Source: Bdellovibrio sp.
Lineage (GTDB): Bacteria > Bdellovibrionota > Bdellovibrionia > Bdellovibrionales > Bdellovibrionaceae
Length of the DNA stretch: 64,000 nt
Reading direction: 5' to 3'
NCBI GenBank assembly: GCA_020720425.1
Contig: DYOP01000001.1
Coordinates: 33,306-97,305, forward strand
Shown here: positions 24,125 to 35,216 of the stretch, in pieces
How positions within the stretch are numbered: position 1 is the stretch's first letter
Layout of the letters: every line of letters begins with the position of its first letter
Notes under the pieces: model-generated
What the model was told of the DNA's origin: nothing
Seen by the model: the letters and a program-made list of their open reading frames with translations, nothing else
The model's database searches: none
Translations under genes and position numbers: made by a program

Positions 24125-24787
24125 TTATTTTGAGATGAGCTGATCAAGGAGTTTTTTGGCTGATAACTGTGAGCGGGCCAGATCTGATTTTAACTGCTCG
24201 GCCAACTGGGGGTCTTTGGGGTCTGTTTGATCATCCAAAAAAAGGGTCGATTTTTGCCAGCAGATAACCACTCGGGCAAAGGGTTTAGGTAAGATGGCTT
24301 TATTCCAAGCCTTCTCAAAACGCCAATATCGATCGGCGCAAATGCCGGCTGCAAAAATGGGAGCCATCTCACACAGTTTACTTACTTGAAAAATGCCAGG
24401 CTTGATTTCATAAATGGGTCCTTTGGGGCCATCAAGAGCAAAGCTTGTATTAAAGTGACTGTGCTTAATTGATTTAACAAGTTGCCTAAGCCCTTGAGCT
24501 CCGCCATTAGAAGAAGAGCCGCGAACCGTATGACCCCCAATTAATTGAATCAAATGGTTCATAATTTCGCCATCTTTTGATTGCGAAACCAAGGTCGAAA
24601 TGCGGTATTTTTTAATAAGCCAAATAATGCACATTTCATGGCCATGCCAATGGGCCAATAAAAAAATGTTTTTGCTTTTAAGGCGTGATGTCAGCTCGGG
24701 ATCCTCAACAAGTGTTACCCGCCAAGTCGCCCGCAGCAAGCTGTAAATAAGCCAAACAATTCTTGCAATCCATTTTTGTTTGTTCAT
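24125..24787 (-). CDS. DUF374 lysophospholipid-acyltransferase-like protein
   Basis: 220 aa. LLAHWHGHE, SQSKDGEI, VRGSSSNGGAQGL and DGPKGP match the DUF374 pattern as I recall it. Confidence 0.7.
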   Translation of the reverse strand: MNKQKWIARIVWLIYSLLRATWRVTLVEDPELTSRLKSKNIFLLAHWHGHEMCIIWLIKKYRISTLVSQSKDGEIMNHLIQLIGGHTVRGSSSNGGAQGLRQLVKSIKHSHFNTSFALDGPKGPIYEIKPGIFQVSKLCEMAPIFAAGICADRYWRFEKAWNKAILPKPFARVVICWQKSTLFLDDQTDPKDPQLAEQLKSDLARSQLSAKKLLDQLISK

Positions 24788-24808
24788 TTTGAATTTAATT
24801 TTTAGCTT

Positions 24809-25777
24809 TTAAAGAATAGCTTTAATTTCGGTATTTAGCATTGGTAACACCTCAAGAGCATCGCCCACAATTCCATAGGTTGCTTTCTGAAAAATGGGAG
24901 CCGCTGGATCGGTATTAATAGCTACAATCACTTTTGAAGAGCTCATCCCTGCTAAGTGTTGAATGGCGCCCGAGATACCCGCAGCTATATATAAACTGGG
25001 AGCCACTGTTTTACCCGTTTGCCCCACTTGTTTGTCGTGACCGACCCACCCCGCATCAACCACAGCTCTTGAGGCTCCGACGCTAGCGCCTAGAGTATCA
25101 GCTAAATTTTCAAGATGCTTAAAGTTAGAAGCCTCTTTTAGCCCCCTGCCACCAGCAACAATAATATTGGCCTCAGATAGATCAGGTCTGGCTTGAGAAC
25201 TTGATTTAACTGATTCAACTATTTTTATTCGATTGTCACCTGACAGCTCAAACCCTTCAAATAAAGCCATGGAAAGATGAGATTGGGTATTTGGCAAATT
25301 AGAAAACTGATTGGGGCGAGTTAAAATAAAATGGGGGCCATTTCCTTTAAGTTGATAAGTAGACAAAATTTTTCCGGCATAGAGGGGTTTTTTTATTTCG
25401 ATATGAGCTCCCGTTTGGGCTACATGGGTCACATCGTTTAAAATAGCTCCTTTTAAATGAGCGGCACAAAGCGATAGCGAATCTCGGTTGGTCGAATGGT
25501 TTGTGGCCAGTATGATTGAAGACTGTGATTTGGCAATGAGCGGGCTTAAAAAGCTAGCTAATGAGCCTGCGGTCAGGGCTTGTTGCGCCGTAGGGGTTGT
25601 AAAATAAAATTCAGAAAATCCCAAAGCTGATATTTCACTTTTAAGTTCACTTGTTGGTTCGGGGCCAAAATAGGCCCCAACAAAAGGCACCGTAAGGCTT
25701 TGAGCAATTGATACTAATTCGAGTGATGTTTTTTTAATTTTTCCAGATTCAATATCGACAATAATTAATGTTTTCAT
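24809..25777 (-). CDS. etfA: electron transfer flavoprotein alpha subunit
   Basis: 322 aa. C-terminal FAD region [17 protein letters not shown]. Follows etfB. Confidence 0.93.
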   Translation of the reverse strand: MKTLIIVDIESGKIKKTSLELVSIAQSLTVPFVGAYFGPEPTSELKSEISALGFSEFYFTTPTAQQALTAGSLASFLSPLIAKSQSSIILATNHSTNRDSLSLCAAHLKGAILNDVTHVAQTGAHIEIKKPLYAGKILSTYQLKGNGPHFILTRPNQFSNLPNTQSHLSMALFEGFELSGDNRIKIVESVKSSSQARPDLSEANIIVAGGRGLKEASNFKHLENLADTLGASVGASRAVVDAGWVGHDKQVGQTGKTVAPSLYIAAGISGAIQHLAGMSSSKVIVAINTDPAAPIFQKATYGIVGDALEVLPMLNTEIKAIL

Positions 25778-25795
25778 AGGGTTGATCCTTTTATG

Positions 25796-26590
25796 TTAGA
25801 TAACTTTTGACTCTTCACGAAGTTTTTTAACAAGCTCTTTAACCTGAGCCTGAGTATCACCGCTGAGTAGTGTTACTTGAGGGCGCTCAGGGGGTAATTC
25901 CATTTTACTTAAATCCCAGCTTGAAAAAGGCGAAGCACCTTCAACAAAAAAAGTAACATCTTTTATGATCTTTTTTTTAGCCTTCATAATGCCGGGTAAA
26001 CTTGGGTAACGAGGAGTGTTTAAGCCTTTATTGCAAGTAATCATTGCAGGAAGCCCTACCTCAAGGGTTTCCATCACGCTGCCCTCAAGTTCGCGAGTCA
26101 CGGTTGCCATCCCCTGGCTCCAAGAAATTTTGGTAGCCATTGTGGCCAAAGGTAAATTAAGCAATTGAGCTAATAATGAGGGCACAAGGCCTGCGCCTTG
26201 ATCAATAGAGACTTTGCCAGCCAAAACAGTTACCACATCCGTTAAGGGACCTTCTGCCAAAATGGTATCAGCTAGGGCCTTTGCAATATCAAGGGGGTTT
26301 AAATTTGTATGAGAAGGTGAATCAATACAGATCGCTTCATCTGCGCCCATGGCCAGCGCTGTTCGAAGGGCTTCATAGGCTCTTTCTTTAGGGCCTACAG
26401 TTAAAACAAAAATTTGACTATCTGCAAATGAGGATTTGATTTTAATGGCCTCTTCGATGGCATATTCATCATAGGGATTAACAACCCATTTAACTTGTTG
26501 AAGATCTATACTTTTATTATCTTCACCCAGTTTAAACCGAGCCTCAGTATCGGGAACTTGCTTAAGACACACATAAATTTTTTGACCCAT
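25796..26590 (-). CDS. etfB: electron transfer flavoprotein beta subunit
   Basis: 264 aa. KQVPDTE N-terminus, typical ETF-beta layout, adjacent to etfA. Confidence 0.93.
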   Translation of the reverse strand: MGQKIYVCLKQVPDTEARFKLGEDNKSIDLQQVKWVVNPYDEYAIEEAIKIKSSFADSQIFVLTVGPKERAYEALRTALAMGADEAICIDSPSHTNLNPLDIAKALADTILAEGPLTDVVTVLAGKVSIDQGAGLVPSLLAQLLNLPLATMATKISWSQGMATVTRELEGSVMETLEVGLPAMITCNKGLNTPRYPSLPGIMKAKKKIIKDVTFFVEGASPFSSWDLSKMELPPERPQVTLLSGDTQAQVKELVKKLREESKVI

Positions 26591-26821
26591 TTAATGACCT
26601 CCTGAATAATTTTTAAAGACTAGGACTAAAATCAGGTAAGCTCAACATTCTTATTATGCAAAACAACAAACGTTAGATTTTGCCAAACGAGTCTATCAAC
26701 GAATTATATTTTGGGACAAAAATTCTCTTAGGTAGACGTTGACGAATTTCAAATTAGGGTTCATTTTTTAAGAGCATAAATTAATATAGATTAGAATTAA
26801 TCAATAAAGGAGAAACAACTC

Positions 26822-27502
26822 ATGTCGAGAGGGGAGCATTTTAAATACTTTCAATCATCGCCAGGAAAAAAAATGATCATGGCGCTTACAGGCCTTATTT
26901 GGGCAGGGTTTGTTTTGACACACATGCTTGGTAATTTTTTGATATTTGTCAGCGCAGACGCATACAATGCGTATTCGCATGCTCTGATTACCAATAAAAT
27001 TATTTTAGTTGCTGAGGCTGTTTTAGTATTAACCATTGCCTTTCATGCGATTAACGGAATTTTGTTAACTCTATATAATTCTAAATCGAGAGGGTCTGAG
27101 AAATATGCCATGCAAGCTAAGGGCGAAAAGGCCGTCACGTTGGCCTCAAAAACAATGATTTACCATGGCACACTTTTGATGATTTTTATAGTAACACATT
27201 TAGTTGGGCTTAAATTTGGTCCTTATTACGAAACCACAGTTAATGGCGTAGTTATGCGTGATATTTATAGGCTAGTTGTTGAAGTATTAAGTCAGCCTAT
27301 GCCCTTGGCTTGGTATCTTGTTTCGATGGTGGCTTTAGGTCTACATTTAAGCCATGGCTTTGGATCGCTGTTTCAAAGTTTAGGTATTAAATCAAAATCA
27401 AATGATCTGCTTATTAAAAAAGTGAGTCTGATATATGGCGCGGTGGTCGCCTTAGGATTTATTTCTCAACCCATCTATATTTATTTATTTTTAGCGAGGT
27501 AA
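26822..27502 (+). CDS. sdhC: succinate dehydrogenase/fumarate reductase cytochrome b subunit (single 5-TM b558 type)
   Basis: 226 aa. About 5 TM helices with conserved His residues. Immediately upstream of sdhA and sdhB. Confidence 0.85.
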   Translation: MSRGEHFKYFQSSPGKKMIMALTGLIWAGFVLTHMLGNFLIFVSADAYNAYSHALITNKIILVAEAVLVLTIAFHAINGILLTLYNSKSRGSEKYAMQAKGEKAVTLASKTMIYHGTLLMIFIVTHLVGLKFGPYYETTVNGVVMRDIYRLVVEVLSQPMPLAWYLVSMVALGLHLSHGFGSLFQSLGIKSKSNDLLIKKVSLIYGAVVALGFISQPIYIYLFLAR

Positions 27503-27505
27503 CAC

Positions 27506-29425
27506 ATGAGCTTAAATCTTGATTCGAAAATTCCTTCAGGCCCCATAGAAGATAAATGGACCAAACATAAATTTGATATGAAGCTCGTAAACCCTGCAAA
27601 CCGCCGAAAATTTACAGCCATTGTTGTCGGAACAGGGCTGGCTGGCTCAAGCGCGGCATCTTCTTTAGGAGAAATGGGTTATAATGTAAAAGCCTTTTTT
27701 GTTCATGAAAGCCCGAGAAGGGCCCACTCGGTTGCCGCTCAAGGGGGCATCAATGGAGCCAAAAATTATAAAAATGATGGAGACTCAACTTACCGCTTAT
27801 TTTATGACACGGTTAAGGGCGGTGATTTTAGAGCAAGAGAGGCCAACGTTTATAGACTGGCAGAAGTTTCGGGTAACATTATAGATCAAGCCGTAGCCTC
27901 AGGTGTGCCATTGGCGCGAGAGTATGGGGGGCTGTTGTCAAACCGCTCTTTTGGTGGAGCCCAAGTATCAAGAACATTTTATGCTCGCGGGCAAACGGGG
28001 CAACAGCTTTTAATTGGTGCCTATCAAGGCATGATGAGGCAGGCAGAAAAAGGTCAGGTAAAACTTTTTCCTCGGCGAGAAATGCTAGATGTTGTTATCG
28101 TTAACAATAGGGCCCGAGGGATTATCGTTAGAAATTTAATAACAGGAGAGCTTGAAAAGCATGAGGCCGATGTTGTTATTATGGCAACGGGCGGCTATGC
28201 AAACGTATTTTTTCTATCAACCAATGCAATGGCTTGTGCGGTAACAGCCGGATGGAAAGCCCATAAACAAGGGGCTCTTTTTGCAAATCCTTGTTATACA
28301 CAAATTCACCCGACCTGTATTCCTGTACACGGAGAGATGCAATCAAAATTAACTTTGATGTCTGAGTCTCTTCGAAATGATGGGCGCATTTGGGTATCTA
28401 AAATTCAAGGCGATACCCGTAAAGCGAATGATATTCCGGAAAGTGATAGGGACTACTATCTTGAAAGGATTTACCCAAGTTTTGGTAACCTAGCCCCCCG
28501 AGATGTCTCGTCAAGGCAAGCCAAGTATCGAGTTGATGAAGGCCGAGGGGTCGGCGGCAAAGAAGCTGTTTATTTAGATTTTAAAGAATCGATATCACGG
28601 CTTGGGCAAAGTGCGATTTCTGAAAGATATGGTAACTTATTTGAAATGTACGAAAAAATTACGGGAGAAAACCCCTATCAAGTGCCTATGCGCATTTATC
28701 CAGCTCCCCACTATACAATGGGTGGACTCTGGGTTGATTATAACTTAATGAGCACAATTCCTGGGCTTTTTGTGGCAGGAGAGGCCAACTTTTCAGACCA
28801 TGGAGCTAACCGTTTAGGCGCTTCTGCCCTTATGCAGGGATTAGCTGATGGTTACTTTGTGCTGCCATATACCATTGGTAACTTCTTGGCCTCTGTAGGT
28901 AACACCGAAAAAGTAAGCACAGATCACCCCGCCTTTGCTGAGGCCAAAAACAGAGTGGATGCTGAATTAAGTCAGTTACTAAAAATTAAGGGTTCTCGCT
29001 CGGTCGACTCATTTCATAAGCAATTGGGCCGTATTATGTGGGATAATTGCGGAATGGCTCGAAACGAACAGGGACTAAAAAAGGCCTTAGAGCAAATACC
29101 CCAACTTAAACAAGAATTTTGGAATGATGTTTATGTTCCTGGCGATAACAAAAGTCTTAATCCCGAGCTTGAAAAAGCGGTCCGAGTGGCTGACTTTTTT
29201 GAATTAGGAGAGTTGATGTGCCGAGACGCACTTGAGCGCAACGAGTCTTGCGGAGGGCACTTTCGTGAAGAGTATCAAACCGCTGATGGTGAAGCTCTAA
29301 GGGATGATCAGGCTTTTTGTAATGTGGCCGCTTGGGAGTATAAGGGCGCCTCAGTCGCTCCCCAAAAACATACCGAAGAACTTGTATTTGAAAAAGTAAA
29401 ATTAGCAACAAGATCATATAAATAA
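27506..29425 (+). CDS. sdhA: succinate dehydrogenase flavoprotein subunit
   Basis: 639 aa. [12 protein letters not shown], covalent-FAD His context [17 protein letters not shown]. Confidence 0.96.
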   Translation: MSLNLDSKIPSGPIEDKWTKHKFDMKLVNPANRRKFTAIVVGTGLAGSSAASSLGEMGYNVKAFFVHESPRRAHSVAAQGGINGAKNYKNDGDSTYRLFYDTVKGGDFRAREANVYRLAEVSGNIIDQAVASGVPLAREYGGLLSNRSFGGAQVSRTFYARGQTGQQLLIGAYQGMMRQAEKGQVKLFPRREMLDVVIVNNRARGIIVRNLITGELEKHEADVVIMATGGYANVFFLSTNAMACAVTAGWKAHKQGALFANPCYTQIHPTCIPVHGEMQSKLTLMSESLRNDGRIWVSKIQGDTRKANDIPESDRDYYLERIYPSFGNLAPRDVSSRQAKYRVDEGRGVGGKEAVYLDFKESISRLGQSAISERYGNLFEMYEKITGENPYQVPMRIYPAPHYTMGGLWVDYNLMSTIPGLFVAGEANFSDHGANRLGASALMQGLADGYFVLPYTIGNFLASVGNTEKVSTDHPAFAEAKNRVDAELSQLLKIKGSRSVDSFHKQLGRIMWDNCGMARNEQGLKKALEQIPQLKQEFWNDVYVPGDNKSLNPELEKAVRVADFFELGELMCRDALERNESCGGHFREEYQTADGEALRDDQAFCNVAAWEYKGASVAPQKHTEELVFEKVKLATRSYK

Positions 29426-29435
29426 GAGGTTGTTT

Positions 29436-30233
29436 ATGTCAGAAAATCAAAAAAATTTAAATTTGAATCTCAAAATATGGCGTCAAGCGGGCAACAGCGA
29501 AAAAGGGGTATTTGAAACGTACCCCATAAAAAATGTATCGACCGAGGCCTCATTTTTAGAAATGATGGATCAGCTTAACGAAGAGTTAATAGGGCAAAAA
29601 AAAGACCCGGTTGCTTTTGATCATGATTGCCGCGAAGGAATTTGTGGGACCTGCGGTTTTGTGATTGATGGAAGTGCCCATGGTCCTTTAAAAAAAACGA
29701 CCGTCTGTCAGCTTCATATGCGAAACTTTGAAGATGGTGCCACGCTAACCCTTGAACCATGGAGGGCCGAGGCTTTCCCTGTCATCAAAGATTTAGTTGT
29801 TGATCGAAGCGCCTTAGATCGCATTATCTCAGCGGGTGGATATATCTCTGTTGATGCGGGATCGGCTCCCGACGGTAACACGATTTCAATTCCAAAGCCT
29901 GATGCCGATGAGGCATTTGATAATGCCACTTGTATTGGTTGCGGGGCCTGTGTGGCTTCTTGCAAAAATGCTTCGGCTATGCTTTTTACAAGCGCAAAAG
30001 TGACCCATCTTGGACTGTTACCACAGGGTCAGATTGAACAATCAGAAAGAGTGTTAAATATGGTAGCTCAGCATGATATCGAAGGTTTTGGTTCTTGCAC
30101 AACCACGGGGGCTTGTGAGGCAGCCTGTCCTAAGGGCATATCATTAGCAGCTATTTCAAATTTAAACCGCGATTTGCTAAAAGCGCAATTGACGGCAAAG
30201 TCTTTACCATCAAGCCAAAGTGATGTGGTCTAA
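29436..30233 (+). CDS. sdhB: succinate dehydrogenase iron-sulfur subunit
   Basis: Cys clusters [21 protein letters not shown] and [15 protein letters not shown] at 29436 follows AAGAGG; the track ORF begins at an upstream TTG at 29430. Confidence 0.95.
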   Translation: MSENQKNLNLNLKIWRQAGNSEKGVFETYPIKNVSTEASFLEMMDQLNEELIGQKKDPVAFDHDCREGICGTCGFVIDGSAHGPLKKTTVCQLHMRNFEDGATLTLEPWRAEAFPVIKDLVVDRSALDRIISAGGYISVDAGSAPDGNTISIPKPDADEAFDNATCIGCGACVASCKNASAMLFTSAKVTHLGLLPQGQIEQSERVLNMVAQHDIEGFGSCTTTGACEAACPKGISLAAISNLNRDLLKAQLTAKSLPSSQSDVV

Positions 30234-30362
30234 ATTTTTCTTATAGTAAATATAAAATTATTTTGCACATAAAGTATTCGACAAACTTAAAAAAGCAATA
30301 AACCCTATTTAAGAATTAATTTTTTTACTCATGCTATGGATGACATGGGGAGGGGTTATAAG

Positions 30363-31991
30363 ATGAAAAGGATTTTGCTTATTTTGGCAGTATCAGGTGC
30401 TTTTTTTTCGCAAATCGCGCAGGCTCAAAACAACTATATACCAGGACAATATGTAGTTAAATGGCGAAAAGGATATTTAAAGACCTTCTCTCATTTTGAA
30501 AAAAATCAACTGGGAGTGATTAAAAACTTAGACGAACAAGAAAACTACTCACTCGTATATAGACCAGCTCCCGAGTTAGTCTCTCACTCATTAAAATCAT
30601 TGGCTGCCCTATCTGCTGTTGAATTAGTAGAGCCCAACTATATATATAAAATTAATAAATTTCCAAATGATGCTCAATTTTCAAATTCCTGGGGTCTGAT
30701 CAATAGCGGTCAGGCTGACTCTAAAGGCAACAAGGGACAAGCCGGCATCGATATTAATATTCAAAATGTATGGGATAAGGTAACTGAAACCGATATTCTT
30801 GTCGCAGTGATCGACACAGGGGTTGATTATCGCCATCCCGAATTAAAGGATAATATTTTTGTAAATCAAAAAGAAGAAACGGGCGTAAAAGGCGTGGATG
30901 ACGATGGTAACGGCTACATTGACGATGTCTATGGAATGGATTTTACTGATATGAAAAATCCTAAAGCCAACGCTCTTGATGATCATGGGCATGGCTCTCA
31001 TTGTTCAGGAATCATCGGAGCTAAAGGTGATAATTTAGTTGGAACAACAGGGGTTAATTGGAATATCAAAATTTTACCAGTTCGATTTTTAGACGCTGAA
31101 GGCTCGGGCTCATTAGCAGGAGCTGTTGCTGCTATTGATTATGCAGTTAAGATGGGTGCTAAAGTCTTATCAAACTCATGGGGTGGAACAACTAACAGCG
31201 CGATCCTTCAAGAAATGGTCGAATCAACGGCAAATAAAGGTGTACTCTTTGTCGTGGCCGCAGGTAACGAAACGGCTGATTTAAACAAATCAAAAGTATA
31301 CCCAGCCAGTTACCAAACACCGAATATGATTTCAGTAGCCGCAATCACAAATAAAGGAAAGCTGGCTAGTTTTTCAAACTACGGTAGCCAAACGGTCGAT
31401 TTAGCAGCCCCGGGAGAAAACATTTACAGCACTCTTTTAAATGGTAAATACGATTCGTGGAGTGGAACTTCAATGGCTACGCCTTTTGTAAGTGGAATTG
31501 CAGCCCTTATTTGGGGTCAAAACCCTGGGTTAACAAATTTGGAATTAAAAAATCGAATAATGACAACAGTTAAGCTGTTACCAACATTAAGAACAAAAGT
31601 TATTTCAAAAGGAATGGTCGATGCCCAAGCGGCTTTTGAAAACATTCCCTCACAAATAGACAGTAACGATCCAAGTGGTTGGGCGCAAGAAGAGTATCGT
31701 TTATCATCAGATCATCCTTATTCTAAAAAATCAAAATGGGAAAAAGAAATTCAGTTAGCTTCAGAGGTGACTCAGTTTGCCCTGTATTTTGAAAAATTTG
31801 ATACCGAAGTTAAGTATGATAAATTAAGTATTTACGACAGTGCTGGCCATTTAGTTCAGGTTATAGACGGCAATTTTGAAAAAGACTATTCAGGAGTTGT
31901 TACCGGAAATTATGCTAAACTTGTATTTGAAAGTGATGATTCCGTCGAAAAATATGGTTTTGATATAACAGCAGTGGCCGTTAAAAAATAA
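30363..31991 (+). CDS. secreted subtilisin-like serine protease (S8) with C-terminal CUB-like beta domain
   Basis: Catalytic triad contexts VAVIDTGVDYRHPEL (D), HGHGSHCSGIIGA (H), GTSMATPFVSG (S). Signal peptide from MKRILLIL (ATG 30363 after GGAGG). The last ~110 aa (FALYFEKFDTEVKYDKLSIYDSAG...LVFESDDSVEKYGFDI) look CUB-like. Confidence 0.88.
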   Translation: MKRILLILAVSGAFFSQIAQAQNNYIPGQYVVKWRKGYLKTFSHFEKNQLGVIKNLDEQENYSLVYRPAPELVSHSLKSLAALSAVELVEPNYIYKINKFPNDAQFSNSWGLINSGQADSKGNKGQAGIDINIQNVWDKVTETDILVAVIDTGVDYRHPELKDNIFVNQKEETGVKGVDDDGNGYIDDVYGMDFTDMKNPKANALDDHGHGSHCSGIIGAKGDNLVGTTGVNWNIKILPVRFLDAEGSGSLAGAVAAIDYAVKMGAKVLSNSWGGTTNSAILQEMVESTANKGVLFVVAAGNETADLNKSKVYPASYQTPNMISVAAITNKGKLASFSNYGSQTVDLAAPGENIYSTLLNGKYDSWSGTSMATPFVSGIAALIWGQNPGLTNLELKNRIMTTVKLLPTLRTKVISKGMVDAQAAFENIPSQIDSNDPSGWAQEEYRLSSDHPYSKKSKWEKEIQLASEVTQFALYFEKFDTEVKYDKLSIYDSAGHLVQVIDGNFEKDYSGVVTGNYAKLVFESDDSVEKYGFDITAVAVKK

Positions 31992-32249
31992 CTGCCCAAA
32001 TTATATATAAAAATCAGTAGCTTAGAGATTTAAAAAAAGGGATGCAGTTAACCCAAACTAAGATAAAGGTTTGGCAAAGCTGCAGACCTCTTTTATTAAG
32101 TTTCACACCCTTGGTAAGCAAATCAAAAAGGCCTCACTGTTTTTATGCCCGCTTTTAATAGACGATTTGTGTCGTTTTGTAAAAAAGATAATCAGTAAAA
32201 ACTTGTCATATTAAGTAAATTAGAGATAGCACGCTATTGATTTTGCATA

Positions 32250-33530
32250 TTGAGTGTAATGATTTTCATAGTCATTTTTTCGCTTCTATTGTGGCCTTTA
32301 CAAAATTTTGCAATTACAAAAGCTGTGGCAGCTCTTGTCCACTTTGAAACTCAGGCCAATGGTTCGACCGTTCGTAATAAAAAAGGCATAGATATTTATC
32401 ATTACGAAATTCCGTTAGAATATGTACAAACTGATTTTGCAAGCACACTAAAAAATGAAATTAAAGATCAACTCATTTTTGAAATAAATGGACTTAAATA
32501 CGTTAGATGGGTTATTAATCCAGAAGATACAAAATGGCATCATGAAGTAGTTAAGTACTTTAAAAGTAAATATAATTTAGATCTAACCCCTAAGTCGCAC
32601 TTTATTGGTTACCAGACATCTTCGAGATCTTATATTGTTACCACGAAGGATGGTAAGGTTCAGTTTTCAATTAAATCAAGCACAGACCATACAGGCGGCA
32701 TTTGGAAAGATAAAAAGCAAGAGGCCACGGATGTAAAAGATGCAAGAATAGTCAGTGACTATCTTGAGTATTTACAATCTATTTTAAAGCTTAAAAATGT
32801 AGTTATACTATCTGAGCCCGCAGCTATAATGTTACCAGATATTGATCAGGGAATTATTGTTAGAGATCTGGGAGAGCTTGCAGATATAAATAATACTAAA
32901 TTATATATTCCGGGGTTTGCCGTTTTAAATGAATATTACGGAAAGCAACTGGCAAATAAAAATAAAACTCTAGATGCAGAAGAGTTTTGGAAGAAACACT
33001 ACCTCGAGGCCGTAGGACGCGCTCAAGGCGAGTTTGCGGCCAGAACGGGTATGGAGTTAGACTCACCTCATTCGCAAAATTTTTTAGTAGAAACAGATGC
33101 TAATTTTAAACCGACGGGGAGAATTGTTATTCGAGATCTTGCGGATTTAAAATTTTATAATCCTACGGTTCAAATGCTCCACCCAAAATTTGAGGAATTT
33201 AAAAAAACATACTCATCAGGCGATCAATTTTTTTATCGCTTCAGTGGCGCCTTTTCTCCCTTCCATGGGACGCCCGTACCAACATGGATAGACTTTAAAA
33301 CTGTCATGAGCCAATGGCCACTTGTTTATGAAAACAGCTATAGGAAGAGTTTTAAAGCCTATTCGGGGTTGGAAGATGATCGGTTTCGCATGGAAAAATT
33401 TATGTTCTCGGGTAATCATTTACAAAGTAATATTATCATATTTGATAGTTCTAAAAACTATTGGGAAAATTTAAAACTAAATAAATCCCCCCAAGGGATA
33501 TTTAATTGCAGTTTTATATTTAAACTGTAG
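32250..33530 (+). CDS. hypothetical secreted protein (no family recognised)
   Basis: 426 aa ORF with an N-terminal hydrophobic signal. Flanked by 258-bp and 150-bp non-coding spacers, so probably monocistronic. Coding-like composition. Confidence 0.55.
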   Translation: MSVMIFIVIFSLLLWPLQNFAITKAVAALVHFETQANGSTVRNKKGIDIYHYEIPLEYVQTDFASTLKNEIKDQLIFEINGLKYVRWVINPEDTKWHHEVVKYFKSKYNLDLTPKSHFIGYQTSSRSYIVTTKDGKVQFSIKSSTDHTGGIWKDKKQEATDVKDARIVSDYLEYLQSILKLKNVVILSEPAAIMLPDIDQGIIVRDLGELADINNTKLYIPGFAVLNEYYGKQLANKNKTLDAEEFWKKHYLEAVGRAQGEFAARTGMELDSPHSQNFLVETDANFKPTGRIVIRDLADLKFYNPTVQMLHPKFEEFKKTYSSGDQFFYRFSGAFSPFHGTPVPTWIDFKTVMSQWPLVYENSYRKSFKAYSGLEDDRFRMEKFMFSGNHLQSNIIIFDSSKNYWENLKLNKSPQGIFNCSFIFKL

Positions 33531-33680
33531 GGAGTCTTGGTTCTCAGCTTTGGCCGCTTATTTTTTCTTTTAAGTAACGTGCAATTTATGATAGTTTAAA
33601 ATGCTGATACCAAAGCTATTGAAGCAGATGTTATAATCTACAAAAAGTTAATTCGGCTAGCAAACAAAGAAGGGGCAATT

Positions 33681-34100
33681 ATGATCACAAAAAAACGTAC
33701 AAAAAAAAATAAAGAATTAAAGATTTTAGCCCTCATTGCCCATGACGGAAAAAAGGCCCAAATGGTAGCCTTTGTTAAAGATAATCTTGAGTTTTTTAAA
33801 GACTATAAAATTGTAGCAACTCGAACAACGGGTGAGCATATTATTCAGTCAGGCTTATCCTTAAAGCCCGTGTTATCGGGCCCCTTAGGCGGAGACGCTC
33901 AAATAGCGGCTCTTGTCGCCACAAAAAAATGTGATGGTGTCATCTTTTTAAGAGACCCCTTAGGTATGCATCCGCATGATCCAGATATTTCGATGCTTAT
34001 GCGTATTTGTGATGTTCATAATGTGCCATTAGCAACAAATTTGGCCTCAGCTCAGCTGCTTATTAAAGGTCTAAATAAGCTTGAGCGATTAGCTATTTAG
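33681..34100 (+). CDS. mgsA: methylglyoxal synthase
   Basis: 139 aa. LIAHDGKK, GPLGGDAQIAALV, DPLGMHPHDPDISMLMRICDVHNVPLATN. Confidence 0.93.
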   Translation: MITKKRTKKNKELKILALIAHDGKKAQMVAFVKDNLEFFKDYKIVATRTTGEHIIQSGLSLKPVLSGPLGGDAQIAALVATKKCDGVIFLRDPLGMHPHDPDISMLMRICDVHNVPLATNLASAQLLIKGLNKLERLAI

Positions 34101-34169
34101 TAATTATTTATAAACTACTAACTACTAACTACTAAAACTATTTAGCTGCTTTTACTAAAAAATTAGTAG

Positions 34170-35195
34170 CTATTTGGAATTTTTATTTTCTTTGACTGAT
34201 GAGGAGTAGGCAAACGCTATGACCACGGCCCCAATCAGCCCCGTCACCCATTCAGGAATGTGCATAAAAGGATTAAGTAACATGATTAAAGCTAATATGC
34301 CGATGGCGTAAAAGGCGCCGTGCTCTAAAAACACAAATCGAGTGAGAGTATCTTTTTCGACAAAATAAATGGTCAGGCTTCGAACAAAAAAGGCACCGAT
34401 AGAAAGCCCGAGCATTATAATAAACAAATTATTAGTTATGGCAAAAGCGCCAACGACTCCATCAAAGCTAAAAGAGGCATCGAGTACTTCGAGATAAATA
34501 AAAAGGGCCGCACTGGCTTTGTGTATATCAGAAACCGAATTTTCGTTGGCTTCAAGTAGCGAAGATAAGCCTTCAACAAAAAGGTAGACTAATAGCCCAA
34601 AAAGACCAGCAATAACAAAAGGAAGCTTGTGAATATCGGATATAAAATAAGTGATAAATAATAAAGCAGATAGACCTAGGGCAATTTCAATGGCCTCAAC
34701 CTTTCCGGCAAGACTTGCGGGTTTTTCGATGATCGGAATCCAGTGCAAAGATTTATTTTCATCATAAAAATATTTAAGTGTGACCATTAATAAAAACATA
34801 CCTCCGAAGGCTGAAATTTGAACATGAGAGTCTAACATTATTTTTGCGTATTGATCGGGCTGAGTAGCGGCTAAGACTAAAGCGTCCCAAGGGTTTACAG
34901 AGGCAAAAATAGATACAATGGCTAGCGGAAATATAAGTCTCATTCCAAATACGGCGATCAAAATTCCCCAAGTTAAAAAACGGTGTCTCCAAGCGGGAGT
35001 CATTTTTTTAAGAATTACGGCATTAACTATGGCGTTATCAAATGAAAGCGACACTTCCAAAACGGCTAATACGGCTCCAATAAATAAACCCTGAATGGCC
35101 CCTGCGGGAGTGGGGTTATAGTAATAGCCTACACCTAAGCATCCCAGTAAGCCCAAGGCTGAAAACATAAAGGAACCTAAAAAATACTTACTCAT
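34170..35195 (-). CDS. DUF475/TerC-like integral membrane protein
   Basis: 341 aa, polytopic. LSFDNAIVNAVIL and DASFSFDGVVGAFAIT motifs. Confidence 0.75.
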   Translation of the reverse strand: MSKYFLGSFMFSALGLLGCLGVGYYYNPTPAGAIQGLFIGAVLAVLEVSLSFDNAIVNAVILKKMTPAWRHRFLTWGILIAVFGMRLIFPLAIVSIFASVNPWDALVLAATQPDQYAKIMLDSHVQISAFGGMFLLMVTLKYFYDENKSLHWIPIIEKPASLAGKVEAIEIALGLSALLFITYFISDIHKLPFVIAGLFGLLVYLFVEGLSSLLEANENSVSDIHKASAALFIYLEVLDASFSFDGVVGAFAITNNLFIIMLGLSIGAFFVRSLTIYFVEKDTLTRFVFLEHGAFYAIGILALIMLLNPFMHIPEWVTGLIGAVVIAFAYSSSVKENKNSK

Positions 35196-35216
35196 AAAAC
35201 CCCTATAATAACTAAA

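Noticed and set aside
24809-30233. Divergent etfBA / sdhCAB block as something unusual.
   Set aside because: All five genes have standard motifs and sizes. The single-subunit b558 anchor is a known SDH architecture.
34114-34134. Three tandem ACTACTA heptamers after mgsA (possible CRISPR or satellite).
   Set aside because: Only 21 nt, with no spacers and no further copies seen. It lies beside a weak hairpin in a convergent terminator region and is probably slippage noise.
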